Source: an uncultured Anaerolineales bacterium (GTDB lineage Bacteria > Chloroflexota > Anaerolineae > CG2-30-64-16). From it: a stretch of 64,000 nucleotides of DNA. The translations under genes and the position numbers were made by a program. The stretch covers positions 2,490 through 66,489 of the forward strand of contig CAYYTK010000024.1 in NCBI GenBank assembly GCA_964474695.1, written 5' to 3'. This document shows, piece by piece, positions 47,307-56,520 of the stretch (position 1 is its first letter; the number at the start of each line of letters is the position of its first letter). The notes beneath the pieces are model-generated. The model was not told the DNA's origin. It saw only the letters and a list, made by a program, of their open reading frames with translations, and searched no databases.

Positions 47307-48140
47307 CTATAGACAGACGGCCACGGCCTGCAGCGACTGGATTCCGGACACGAGGAACTCCAACGTGAAGTGCCCGGTCGCGTCCGGGGCCAGCTCGCTC
47401 AGGTCGGTCCCGAACTCCCGCAGCCCAGGGGTGGGGTACACCAGCGACTCCGCGACGTCCAGCAGGTTGCCCTGGGCGTCGAAGCCGGCGGCCACCACCA
47501 GCGGCTCGGCGCAGCCCGCGGCCGGGGTGACCGTGCCGCGCGCTAGGTAGGCCGGCGCGCCGTCGAAGGCCGGTTTGAGCGCCGTCTGGCTGGTGAGCAT
47601 TACCTGGGCCATACCGGCGGGATCGGCCGCATACGCTTGCTCCAGGGCCAGCCGGTGGCTGGCGTAGGCACCGTTCAGCCGCTCGACATCGCGCAGATAC
47701 AGGTAGAACATGGTCCCGTCGGGCGGAATGGCGTAGGCGCTGCGCATCTGCTCGCCGGCGTTGGTCGCCGCGCGGTTGACCAGCGCCTGGCCGGCCGCGT
47801 CGAGCAGCTCCACGTCGATGACGACGTCGGCCCACTCCTGCGAGTGGTTGCGCACCAGGGCGGGGATGTGGACAAAGCCGTTGATCACGCGGCCCTGGCC
47901 GCCCACCAGCTCGAACTGGCCGCGCGTCTGGGTTGTTGGGGTCATACCATCATCTCCTGAAGGTTGATTCACTTGCGCCTCCGGCGCGCGCGTCGGGTCG
48001 ACCGGCGCGCTTGCCGGCGCGTCGCCGACGACCGGGGTCAACGGCTCTACATCGATATGGCCTGAGCTGCCGCCCAGGCGCGGCAGGGTGCACCCGGCGC
48101 ACAGCAGCGCCAGCAGCACCGCACAGATTGGTCGTAACAT
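47307..48140 (-). CDS. Lipoprotein with Ig-like (FxLYD-like) domains
   Basis: LCAGC lipobox; VRN..WADV.IDVELLDAAG pattern. Confidence 0.65.
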   Translation of the reverse strand: MLRPICAVLLALLCAGCTLPRLGGSSGHIDVEPLTPVVGDAPASAPVDPTRAPEAQVNQPSGDDGMTPTTQTRGQFELVGGQGRVINGFVHIPALVRNHSQEWADVVIDVELLDAAGQALVNRAATNAGEQMRSAYAIPPDGTMFYLYLRDVERLNGAYASHRLALEQAYAADPAGMAQVMLTSQTALKPAFDGAPAYLARGTVTPAAGCAEPLVVAAGFDAQGNLLDVAESLVYPTPGLREFGTDLSELAPDATGHFTLEFLVSGIQSLQAVAVCL

Positions 48141-48210
48141 GCTTACCTTCCTTCATAACTGTTATGTCGATACGTTAGTGCTGCCACCAAAGCGTATTTC
48201 TGCTGCCGCA

Positions 48211-49116
48211 TCACCGGACCGGCAGACTGGTCAAGTCTCCGGCCAGGTCCACCAGCTCGGCCAGCACCCAACCGTACTGGTCGCCGGCCACGCAGCAGAC
48301 CTGCACCCAGCGGCCCGCGGCGTCCCGGCCAACCGGCGTCAACCGGCTGCCCGCCGGCAGCGTTGCCAGCACCAGGGTGTCCGTGCCCGGCCCGGCGCGC
48401 ACATTCAGCCCCTGGGCTGGTCCCGGCTTCACCAACACAACGCCGGGGGTCGCCGTGGGCGCCGGCGTGGCCGTCGGCGCCAATGTCGGCGTCGGTGTCG
48501 CTGTCGCTGCCGACGCTGCTGCCGTAGGCGTCATCAACCGTTCCAGCGGCGCCAGGGTCAGCGCGGCGTCGGCCCGGCCTGAAGCCGTCAACAGCGCCGG
48601 GACCAGGTCTTGACTGCTCTCCAGCGCCACCACCAGTTTTCCACCCGCCTGCTCAATGATGGCTACCACCCGCAGGCTCGGCCCCACCAGGCGATTCGCC
48701 TGCCAGACATCCACGCGCTGGCCAGCTAGAAGCAGATCGCCGGGCACGTGCGTCTCGGCCACGGTCATGCCGAGCACCACCGCCTGCGCGTCCGTGGTGT
48801 AGCGCAGCTCCGCGGCCGGGACCGCATACGCGCGCAAGAGCGGGACGCCGGGCAGAAGCTCCAGCCGGGCGAGCCGGCCCACAACCTCGGCCGGATCCGC
48901 GTAGGCCGGCTGAACCACTGCGCCGCGCGGCAGATAGGCGATCTCGATCATGTCGTCCGTGATGGTCGTGTAGGGCGGGATCGCCGTTCGCGCGACCACC
49001 ACGGGGATCGGGTCGATCAGGGCGTGCAGCCGGCCCAGGGTAGTGCGCACCAGAGACAGCGCGGCCAGCAGCGCCAGCAGGCCGGCGACGCCCCGGTACA
49101 GGTTGCGTCTGAGCAT
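48211..49116 (-). CDS. CpaB-like SAF domain plus C-terminal SH3b domain protein
   Basis: VVVARTAIPPYTTIT SAF; PT linker; LNVRAGPGT...GRD...W.QV..YGWV SH3. Confidence 0.85.
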   Translation of the reverse strand: MLRRNLYRGVAGLLALLAALSLVRTTLGRLHALIDPIPVVVARTAIPPYTTITDDMIEIAYLPRGAVVQPAYADPAEVVGRLARLELLPGVPLLRAYAVPAAELRYTTDAQAVVLGMTVAETHVPGDLLLAGQRVDVWQANRLVGPSLRVVAIIEQAGGKLVVALESSQDLVPALLTASGRADAALTLAPLERLMTPTAAASAATATPTPTLAPTATPAPTATPGVVLVKPGPAQGLNVRAGPGTDTLVLATLPAGSRLTPVGRDAAGRWVQVCCVAGDQYGWVLAELVDLAGDLTSLPVR

Positions 49117-49155
49117 GTCACCTCAGGGCATACTGCATTGGCCACGGTGCGGGCC

Positions 49156-49269
49156 TCACGGCTGGTCGGGCAGCGCCAGCGGATCCGGCAGTCCCAGCGG
49201 CGATCCGGCGCGCACTTCCAGCTCGGCCTCGTAGACAACCGCGGGCGGTTCGTAGGTTGGTTTGTCCAT
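49156..49269 (-). CDS. 37-aa RiPP-precursor-like peptide (absent from the ORF track)
   Basis: MDKPTYEPPAVVYEAELEVRAGSPLGLPDPLALPDQP; GAGGTG SD; YxxP leader-like motif. Confidence 0.65.
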   Translation of the reverse strand: MDKPTYEPPAVVYEAELEVRAGSPLGLPDPLALPDQP

Positions 49270-49277
49270 CGCCCACC

Positions 49278-51923
49278 TCATGGGTGCCGCCATTGGCGGC
49301 GCAGCAGCTTCTGCCGGCGCCGCCGCACGAGCAGAATGGCCAGGATCGTCGCCAACGCCGCGCCTGCGCCGACCAGGGCCGGCGATGCGGTCGCCGCAGC
49401 GCGGAAGTCGGTGACCGTCACCGAGTTCGGGCTGAAGGCGAACAGGTAGTCCTCCACCTCCCCCTCCGGCGCGGGGCCGGTGGCATTAAGTCCATCTGCT
49501 GAACTAAGTCGGAAGCGACCGTAGATGCTGTGGTTCGTGCCCCCGCCAAAGGTGCCGGCCGGCACGTCACAGGTCACGACATGAGTCCCGGTTGCGAATG
49601 TGCCGTCCGGGATCGGCGTCCCGGCCGCATCGCGCAGCACGATAGGTTCCAGTCCGTTGCCGAAGTCCAGCCACGCCTGCACCACCCCAGGGCCGTTGGT
49701 GATGGTGAGCTCCAGGCGGCAGCCGTCGCCATCGGCAGCCAGGCCGTCCGTCCAGCCGCCCGCCGGTGCGTTGGGCGCGGCGAGCCGCACGACGCCGTCG
49801 TCCGCGTCGCCGTCCGCATACTGCCCCGGCTGAGCGCCGGCCTCGGCGGTGACGTTGGCGCCCAGCCGCAGGCTGCCCAGCGGGTGCCAGGCGGGCGTGT
49901 CGCCATCATAGGGAGCCGGCAGGTCGCCGTAGTCGCGCACCGTGGCCACCAGGCCGGCGTCGAGGGTCATGTCGAACTGCGCGGGTACGGCCACGGCGGC
50001 GATCCGGCCGGTGGCCGGGTCAGGATCGCTGTCCAGGGCGCGATCGTCCCCCTGCCAGCGCGGGCTGAAGACGTAGCCCTGCGACAGCGCGAAGCCGATG
50101 CCGTAGACGCCCTGCTCCATGCCGAACTCGTACCAGCCCTCATAGGTAGGCATGCTCTCGATCACGGCGCCGGAGAACGAGTAGAGCGTCACAGTCACCC
50201 CGTCCAGGCCCGGCTCGCCGGCCTCCTGGAGGCCGTCCGCGTCGTAGTCGAGCCACACGAAGTCGCCCAGGCTGCACGGGTCGCCCAGTGGTGCCTGGTG
50301 CAGGCCCGCATCGATCGTGGCGTCATGCTGGCCGGCGACCAGGACGATAGCGGCCGTCCGGCCCGTAGCCGGGTCCGGGTTGCTGTCGCGCGCGGGGTCG
50401 CTGCCCTGACCGGCCGCGCTGAAGACGTAGCCTGGAGGAGTGCTGAAGCCGACTTGATACGTGCCCGCGACTAACCCGGTGAAGCTGTAGGCACCGTCCG
50501 CGTCCGTGACGGTGGTGGCCAACTCCTGGCCCGCACTGTCGTAGAGCGTGACCGTGACGCCGGCCAGGCCCGTCTCGCCGGCGCCCTGCACGCCGTCCAG
50601 GTCGGCGTCGTGCCAGACCCAGTCGCCCAGGCTGGCCGGTTCAGGTGTGAGGGTAGGGGTCGGCGTGGGAACCAGGTTGACGCCGGCGTCCCAGGTGAAG
50701 TCGTCCGCCGCCGGCAGCGTGATGAGCGGGGTGCGGCCGAGCGTGCCGTTGGGAGTGAAGTCGGAGTCGAGCGCATCATTGCCGCCCTGGTCGACCGGGC
50801 TGAACTGCCAGGCGCTGCTCGCCAATTGCAGCTCGACGAAGTACTGCCCGCCGGCCGGTAGCCCGCAGAACTGGTAGCCGCCGCTGCTGGCGGTCGTCGT
50901 CGTGGCCAGCACGTTCGCCGCCGGGTCCAGCAGGCGCAGCGGCAGCCCGGCCAGCCCGCTCTCCCCCTTCTCCTGGATGCCATCCCGGTCTGCGTCGTGC
51001 CACACGAAGTCGCCGAGGCAGTAGGTCGCCGGGGTCGCGGTGGCCGTCGGGGTTGCAGTGGCCGTCGCGGTGGGCGTGCGCGTGGGTGTGAAGGTCGCCG
51101 TCCGCGTGGCTGTCGGCGTCGGCGTGCGCGTCGCCGTGGCCGTCGGTGTGCGGGTCGGCGTGTGCGTTGGCGAAGAGGTGGCGGTAGCCGTCAGCGTCCA
51201 GGTCGGCGTGTAAGTCGCCGTCGCGGTGCGCGTCGGTGTGGGCGTGTTGGTCGGCCCGCTCCCGCAGCACAACAGGTTCTCGACGCTGCACACCACCGGA
51301 TCGCCCAGCACGTTGACGTTGACCCACGATCCCAGGTTGTTCGGCGTGTAGCGGCAATCCGCCTGGTCCGCGTTGCCGCCCACGTCGGTCACCCAGCGCG
51401 CATCCCCGAAGCTGTGGGCGCGCGTCTGCTCGCAGCGGTAGATCTCGATCTTCCAGTTGTTGGTGGCGTCGACCACCGCGTTCAGGTGCCAGGTCACGGA
51501 GCCGCCGGCCGGCACGGTGACCGGGCAGCCGCTGTTCGTGCTGCCGCCGTAGCACTGCGCCCAGCGGCCCCACATGCTGTCGTAGGCCCAGAAGGTGACC
51601 GCCGCGCTGCAGCTGTTGAACAGCTCGATCAGGCCGACCTCCGTATCCGGCGCGAGCGCGGGCGCCTCGCTCAGCAGCGGTGCAGTGGTGCGGTCGCGCC
51701 ACGCCGGCGACACCTGAGCGGCCGCATGGGTCAGCACGTAGGCGCAGTCCTGGCCCGCCGGGTTGACGATCCGTTGCGCAACCACCGCCTGCGAGCCGGC
51801 CGGAACAAGGTCTTGCGCTACGGCTGCGCCCGGGAAGTCCGGAGCAGCGGCCGCGCCGGTGGTCAGGATCATGCCGAGCAGCAGGACACCCAAGATGGTA
51901 AGTGCAGATGGTGTGCGGATCAT
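49278..51923 (-). CDS. Cell-surface protein: three SdrD B-like domains, GEVED domain, PT linker, C-terminal TM anchor
   Basis: Three LGD(F/W)VW.D...DG.Q..GE.GL repeats with DSD motifs; GEVEDY; [15 protein letters not shown]; signal peptide from MIRTP. Confidence 0.9.
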   Translation of the reverse strand: MIRTPSALTILGVLLLGMILTTGAAAAPDFPGAAVAQDLVPAGSQAVVAQRIVNPAGQDCAYVLTHAAAQVSPAWRDRTTAPLLSEAPALAPDTEVGLIELFNSCSAAVTFWAYDSMWGRWAQCYGGSTNSGCPVTVPAGGSVTWHLNAVVDATNNWKIEIYRCEQTRAHSFGDARWVTDVGGNADQADCRYTPNNLGSWVNVNVLGDPVVCSVENLLCCGSGPTNTPTPTRTATATYTPTWTLTATATSSPTHTPTRTPTATATRTPTPTATRTATFTPTRTPTATATATPTATATPATYCLGDFVWHDADRDGIQEKGESGLAGLPLRLLDPAANVLATTTTASSGGYQFCGLPAGGQYFVELQLASSAWQFSPVDQGGNDALDSDFTPNGTLGRTPLITLPAADDFTWDAGVNLVPTPTPTLTPEPASLGDWVWHDADLDGVQGAGETGLAGVTVTLYDSAGQELATTVTDADGAYSFTGLVAGTYQVGFSTPPGYVFSAAGQGSDPARDSNPDPATGRTAAIVLVAGQHDATIDAGLHQAPLGDPCSLGDFVWLDYDADGLQEAGEPGLDGVTVTLYSFSGAVIESMPTYEGWYEFGMEQGVYGIGFALSQGYVFSPRWQGDDRALDSDPDPATGRIAAVAVPAQFDMTLDAGLVATVRDYGDLPAPYDGDTPAWHPLGSLRLGANVTAEAGAQPGQYADGDADDGVVRLAAPNAPAGGWTDGLAADGDGCRLELTITNGPGVVQAWLDFGNGLEPIVLRDAAGTPIPDGTFATGTHVVTCDVPAGTFGGGTNHSIYGRFRLSSADGLNATGPAPEGEVEDYLFAFSPNSVTVTDFRAAATASPALVGAGAALATILAILLVRRRRQKLLRRQWRHP
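51020..51260 (-). repeat. Pro/Thr-rich coding repeat (TPTATAT)n
   Basis: Low-complexity linker inside the SdrD-type protein. Confidence 0.85.
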
Positions 51924-51983
51924 GGCTCCTCCTCCAGGTGCAGGATAGCCTCCGGGGTCAACTGGCCCCGGAGGCCAACTCAC

Positions 51984-52283
51984 TTACGGCAGTCGCGGCC
52001 GCGGCAGCGGCGGCAGCTTGGTTGGGGGCGGGCACTTGAAGATGAACACACCGTCCACCAGCATGCGCGCCGGCGTCGGGCAGTCTGGGGTGGCCAGCCG
52101 CACGTACTGGCCGTCGATGAAGGCGCCCTGCGGCAGGCCGCCGGACGACGCGGTGTAGACCATAGACATGGGCCGGCTGGTGGTCGGGACGTTGCCGGCG
52201 GCCAGCGCCGGGGCGACCGACGTGGCGAGCAGCAGGACGACCAGGGCCACCAGGGCTACAGCGGAATGTTTCGGATGTTGCAT
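51984..52283 (-). CDS. Small secreted protein
   Basis: Signal peptide; Pro-rich C-terminus. Confidence 0.6.
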   Translation of the reverse strand: MQHPKHSAVALVALVVLLLATSVAPALAAGNVPTTSRPMSMVYTASSGGLPQGAFIDGQYVRLATPDCPTPARMLVDGVFIFKCPPPTKLPPLPRPRLP

Positions 52284-52354
52284 ACGGCTACTCTCCTTGC
52301 AGATATGAACACGAGATAGGCCACCGGCAGGCCGGACGCCTGCCGGTCGGGCGG

Positions 52355-52873
52355 TTACTTCTCCGGCGCGGGTGCCGCAGCATCCAGATGGCGCGGCGGC
52401 GGTTCGAGCACGCAGGGTGTCGGGGTCGCTGCGCTCACCCGCGGCACGCCGGGCTTGAGCGGTTCCGCCGTCGGCCGGGCGACATCGCGTTGCGTGCCAC
52501 CTGCCGCAGTGGCAGCCGGGCGCGCGACCTCAGGACGCGCGCCAGTGACTGCGGCGACGGGCAGCCCATCCCGCGCGGCCCCAGGCCGGCTCTCTTCAGC
52601 CGCGCTTGACACAGCAGCAGCCGGTGGCGGGACCACCGGACGGGGCAGATTCACGGTCGGTGCGCGACGCGCCGGTGCAGCCGGCGGCAGGCGCGTGGCG
52701 GTGGACGGCGCCGGCTCGACTGCCGGCGCGGGCTGCGTAGTCCCCCCTATCAGCACGGTCTCGTGCGGCGCGACCGGCCGCGTGACCTGTTCCAGTGGCG
52801 CTATCTGTCCACCGGCCAGGCCCGCGCCGATCAGCAACCCGAGCGCCGCAACGAGACCCCAAATCAAACGCAT
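52355..52873 (-). CDS. Secreted Pro/Ala-rich protein
   Basis: Signal peptide; GGAGGA SD. Confidence 0.55.
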   Translation of the reverse strand: MRLIWGLVAALGLLIGAGLAGGQIAPLEQVTRPVAPHETVLIGGTTQPAPAVEPAPSTATRLPPAAPARRAPTVNLPRPVVPPPAAAVSSAAEESRPGAARDGLPVAAVTGARPEVARPAATAAGGTQRDVARPTAEPLKPGVPRVSAATPTPCVLEPPPRHLDAAAPAPEK

Positions 52874-53118
52874 CAGCTTCCTCCTGTCAGTGCAGGTGCG
52901 TGGGCAAGTGATGCTCCGCTTGCCCGGTCGATCCAGCGTCAGCTACATCATGCTTTGGTAAGCCACCTCCTTCCTCGTCTGCCGCACCCGGGGCCGGGTT
53001 ACCGGCCCGGCACTGACGGATGCTCAGCATACGCGCTCGCATGCGTCCATAAGCCAGGCGCATCAGCCGCGCCCGGTCGTAAGGATCTTTCGGAATATGG
53101 GCGCCGCCCACGTCAACC

Positions 53119-53997
53119 TCAGAGCGCGTTGATCACCGGCAGCAGCAGCGGCACCAGGATCAGGAACATGAACGGCAGAAAGAAGAACAGCACGGTCGGC
53201 ACGGCCAGCCGGCTCTCCAGCGCCTCGGCCTCGCGCAGCGAGCGGTCCTTGTAAGCAATGATGAGCGTGCGCGCCAGGCCTTCCATCAGCTCCGGCCCGG
53301 CCACGCCGGTGCGCGACGCCTGGTCGATCTGCGCCGCAAACGCCTTGACCGGCGGCAGGTCGTAGCGGTTGACCACCTCGACCAGGACCCCCGCCACGTT
53401 CTCGCGGCTGAAGAGCGGCCGGCCGCTGGTGCGCGCCTCCTCGACCGCCCGCCGCAGCAGGTTGCCCAGCGGCCCGCCGAACTCCGCCGCGCGCGCCAGC
53501 GCCCGGTCGGGTGGGTTGCCGGCGCTCATCTCGGCCGCCATCAGCGCGGCCAGGTCGGGCAGGCTGCGCTGCACCCGCCGGCGCACCGCGTTGCCCTGGC
53601 TGCGCAGGCGCGCGAAGGGCGCGACCGCGCCCAGCAACGCCGCGGCGACGAGCGCAGGCACGCCGGTGACCACGGGCAGCAGCAGGCCCAGGCCGCCAAA
53701 CACGATGGCCAGGCCCCAGATCGCCGCGGCCGAAGGCGCATCGCCGACCAGCAGCAGCCAGCGGCGGTGGGCCTCCACGTCCACCAGCCCGCCCAGCGCC
53801 GGGAAGCGGTTCAGCGCCGCGCCCCCGACCTGCTCGAACGCGTTGCCCTCCGCGCGGCCCAGATAGCCAGCCACGACGGAGCCGGGCGTGCGCGAGAAGG
53901 CGAAATCGGTGCGGGCGGCGAGCAGCGCCACCAACAGGCCGGCGCACAGGGCCGTCCCGGCCACCAGGAGCTGCTGGGTGAGATAGGTAGATGGCAT
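53119..53997 (-). CDS. tadC: TadC / T2SS F-family pilus platform protein
   Basis: LPDLAALM..SAG..ALAR...LG...C-terminal TM. Confidence 0.85.
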   Translation of the reverse strand: MPSTYLTQQLLVAGTALCAGLLVALLAARTDFAFSRTPGSVVAGYLGRAEGNAFEQVGGAALNRFPALGGLVDVEAHRRWLLLVGDAPSAAAIWGLAIVFGGLGLLLPVVTGVPALVAAALLGAVAPFARLRSQGNAVRRRVQRSLPDLAALMAAEMSAGNPPDRALARAAEFGGPLGNLLRRAVEEARTSGRPLFSRENVAGVLVEVVNRYDLPPVKAFAAQIDQASRTGVAGPELMEGLARTLIIAYKDRSLREAEALESRLAVPTVLFFFLPFMFLILVPLLLPVINAL

Positions 53998-53998
53998 C

Positions 53999-54931
53999 TC
54001 ACGCCTCCAGTGCGTCGTTGATCATGCCGTTCAGGAACACGTACCCGAACGCCATCGCCGCGAGCGACGCGCCCGCGACCAGCTGCGCGGTCGGCGCGGC
54101 GAAGCCGGCCCGGATGCTGGGCGAGGAGAGCATCATGCCCAGCACGATGCCCATGATGACCAGCATGGTCAGCACCGCCCCCCGCGCGGCCTCGGCCTTG
54201 GAACCGGCCACCGCCCGCGCCTCCAGGATCGCGGACAGCTCGTCGGCGGTCGTGGTGAACGCCACCGCGAAGCCCGTGCCGCCGGTCTCGGCCAGCCGGC
54301 CGATCTCGTACAAGACCAGGCCCAGCAGCGGCGTGATCTGCATCGCTTCGGCGCGGGCCTTCTCCAGATAGGCGCTGCCTTCCAGCCGCAGGCCTTTCAG
54401 CAGCCGCGCCAGCCACAGCCGCAGGACGCTGCCCTCGGCCAGGTTGCCCACCACCTCCTCGACCGCTTTGAGCGGCGCCTGGGTGACGAGCAACTGCCCG
54501 CCGAGCTGGCTGACGAAGAGCGGCAGGTCGGCCTCGACCGCCAGCCGCGCCTTGCGCCAGCGGCCCTTCAGAAACGTATCGGCCAGGATGTAGCCCAGCG
54601 CGGCCAACCCCAGCGCGGGGATGAGCGGCAGCCCCATCAGCAGCGCCAGCAGCCACGGCGCGACCGCGCCGCCGATCTGCGCGGCCAGGACGAGCCGCCG
54701 CGGCAGTAGGCCCAGCGCGGCGTTGATGCCGGCGGCTTCGGCGTCGGCCTCGGGGGCCGGTTGGACCGCGGCGGGCGCCATGTAGCCCGCCACGACCTGG
54801 CCCGGGCCGCGGCCGAACGACACCCGGCTCGCCACGGCGGCGACCGTGCTCCCGGCCGCGATGGCCAGCGCCAGCACCAGGAGCGGCTGGAGCAGCGGAT
54901 TCCCCAGCAGTCCTCGAATCAACTCTTGCAT
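53999..54931 (-). CDS. tadB: TadB / T2SS F-family pilus platform protein
   Basis: TMs; EADLP.F..QL...A.AEA.....C-terminal TMs; follows the CpaF gene. Confidence 0.85.
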   Translation of the reverse strand: MQELIRGLLGNPLLQPLLVLALAIAAGSTVAAVASRVSFGRGPGQVVAGYMAPAAVQPAPEADAEAAGINAALGLLPRRLVLAAQIGGAVAPWLLALLMGLPLIPALGLAALGYILADTFLKGRWRKARLAVEADLPLFVSQLGGQLLVTQAPLKAVEEVVGNLAEGSVLRLWLARLLKGLRLEGSAYLEKARAEAMQITPLLGLVLYEIGRLAETGGTGFAVAFTTTADELSAILEARAVAGSKAEAARGAVLTMLVIMGIVLGMMLSSPSIRAGFAAPTAQLVAGASLAAMAFGYVFLNGMINDALEA

Positions 54932-54949
54932 AAACAGACCTCCCCCTTC

Positions 54950-55171
54950 TCAGGCCCAGGCCCGGCGCACGGGCCAAGTCAAGATGACGGCCGCGATCGT
55001 CACCCCCAGAATGCCGACGACCGGAACTTCCAGCAGTGTCCCTGTCAGGCAGATGGCCACGGGCCAGACCACTTGCAGGGTCCTGGGGCGCCAGGATGGG
55101 CAAGCCAGCGCCAGCCCGATCGCCGCAGCCAGCAAAATCAGAAACCGATAGACCGTCATTGCTCCTGACAC
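54950..55171 (-). CDS. Small membrane protein
   Basis: 73 aa, largely hydrophobic, lies between cpaF and tadB. Confidence 0.5.
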   Translation of the reverse strand: MSGAMTVYRFLILLAAAIGLALACPSWRPRTLQVVWPVAICLTGTLLEVPVVGILGVTIAAVILTWPVRRAWA

Positions 55172-55198
55172 CTGCCCCCTGATCCCTGACGCCTGCCC

Positions 55199-56443
55199 TC
55201 ACTCCCGCCGCCGGCTCGGCGCCTTGAGCTCGGCCTCGCCCGGCAGCCAGAGCGGCTCCAGCCGCACGTTGCCGCCGGACGTCAGCCCGCCGACCTCCCA
55301 GGCGCCCAGCGCCACCCGCCGTCCCTCGCGCCAGCCGACCTGGACGATCAGGTCGATCGCCTCGGTGAACATCCCTTTGGCCGCCTCCGCGCGCACGTTG
55401 GCGTCGGAGTTCATGATGATGCCGATACGGTGCACCGCGTGCTCCGGCCCGTCGGCGTGGAAGGTGGTCAGGCCCGCGTGGTCGCTCATCATGGCCCGGA
55501 ACAGCGACAGTGCCGCGTCCCCCTTGCGCACCTCGCCGACGATCAGGTGGCTGGGCGCCAGGCGCAGCGCGTCGTCCACGCCGTGCCTGACCTCGTAGGC
55601 CGGCACGGTTGAGCCGGGCGGCGCAGGCCGCGCTTCCAGCGTGGTCACGTTGGGATGCGGCAGCCAGATCTCCTCCGGGTCCTCGACCTTGACGACGCGG
55701 GCGTCCAGCGGCACGCCGTGGCAGAGCGCCGACAGCAGTGTGGTCTTGCCCGTGCCCGTGCCGCCGATGACCATCACCCGCAGCCGGCGGCCCACCGCAT
55801 CCAGCAGCGCATCCATGACCGGCGGGGTGAAGACGCCCCACGCCACGACCTGCGCCGGCGTCACCGGCAGCGGCTCAAAGAGCCGGATCGCCAGCGTCGG
55901 GTAGCCGCCGCCCGGCGCGATGCAGGGGTGCAGGACCTTGACGCGCGCGCCGCCGAAGCCGATCTCCCGGTCGCGCGGCAGCTTGGTGTCCACCGACGGT
56001 GTGGCTTCCGAGCAGGCCCGGCCCTCCGGGGCGAGCAACGCCTCGACGGCTCGCCACACCTCTTCTTTGGTCGGGGCCAGGTATTCCAGCCGCGCAAACG
56101 CCATCGCGGTCTTGCGCCGCGTCCACACCGCGCCGTCGGCGTTGACCAGCACGTCGGTGTACTCGGTGCAGTGCGGCGGGAACAGAGCGTCCAGGAAGCC
56201 CAGGCCGCCGACCCGCGCCACCACCCGGTTGACCATCCCCTGCAGCTGGTTGTTGTCGGGCTGCGGCCCGCCCACCGCGCGCAGCCCGTTGCGCACCGCC
56301 GCCTCGGCCCGCCGGCCTACTTCGGCCCGGTTGCGCAGTTCAGCCAGCGACAGGCTCGACAGCTCCTTGCTGGCGCTCTCGACCACCGCCGTGACCTGCT
56401 CCGGCGTCAGCGCGTTCTGTACCGCTCCCCAGCTCATAGTCAC
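55199..56443 (-). CDS. cpaF: CpaF/TadA pilus assembly ATPase
   Basis: GGTGTGKTT, VEDPEE, LRLAP..LIVGEVR, TTFHA. Confidence 0.92.
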   Translation of the reverse strand: MTMSWGAVQNALTPEQVTAVVESASKELSSLSLAELRNRAEVGRRAEAAVRNGLRAVGGPQPDNNQLQGMVNRVVARVGGLGFLDALFPPHCTEYTDVLVNADGAVWTRRKTAMAFARLEYLAPTKEEVWRAVEALLAPEGRACSEATPSVDTKLPRDREIGFGGARVKVLHPCIAPGGGYPTLAIRLFEPLPVTPAQVVAWGVFTPPVMDALLDAVGRRLRVMVIGGTGTGKTTLLSALCHGVPLDARVVKVEDPEEIWLPHPNVTTLEARPAPPGSTVPAYEVRHGVDDALRLAPSHLIVGEVRKGDAALSLFRAMMSDHAGLTTFHADGPEHAVHRIGIIMNSDANVRAEAAKGMFTEAIDLIVQVGWREGRRVALGAWEVGGLTSGGNVRLEPLWLPGEAELKAPSRRRE

Positions 56444-56451
56444 CTCAAGTC

Positions 56452-56520
56452 AGAAGGATGAAGGCGGAAGGATGAAGAACCGCTAATCTCCTTCAGCCTT
56501 CATACTTCAGCCTTCATCCT
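56452..56520. repeat. Inverted heptamer arrays (AGGATGA/AGGCGGA versus TTCAGCC/TTCATCC)
   Basis: aaggatgaaggcggaaggatgaa...cttcagccttcatacttcagccttcatcct between cpaE-like and cpaF. Confidence 0.75.

Noticed and set aside
49156-49269. A full lasso peptide gene cluster
   Set aside because: Only a precursor-like ORF is present; no Asn-synthetase-like cyclase, B peptidase or RRE nearby, and the -2 Thr is missing.
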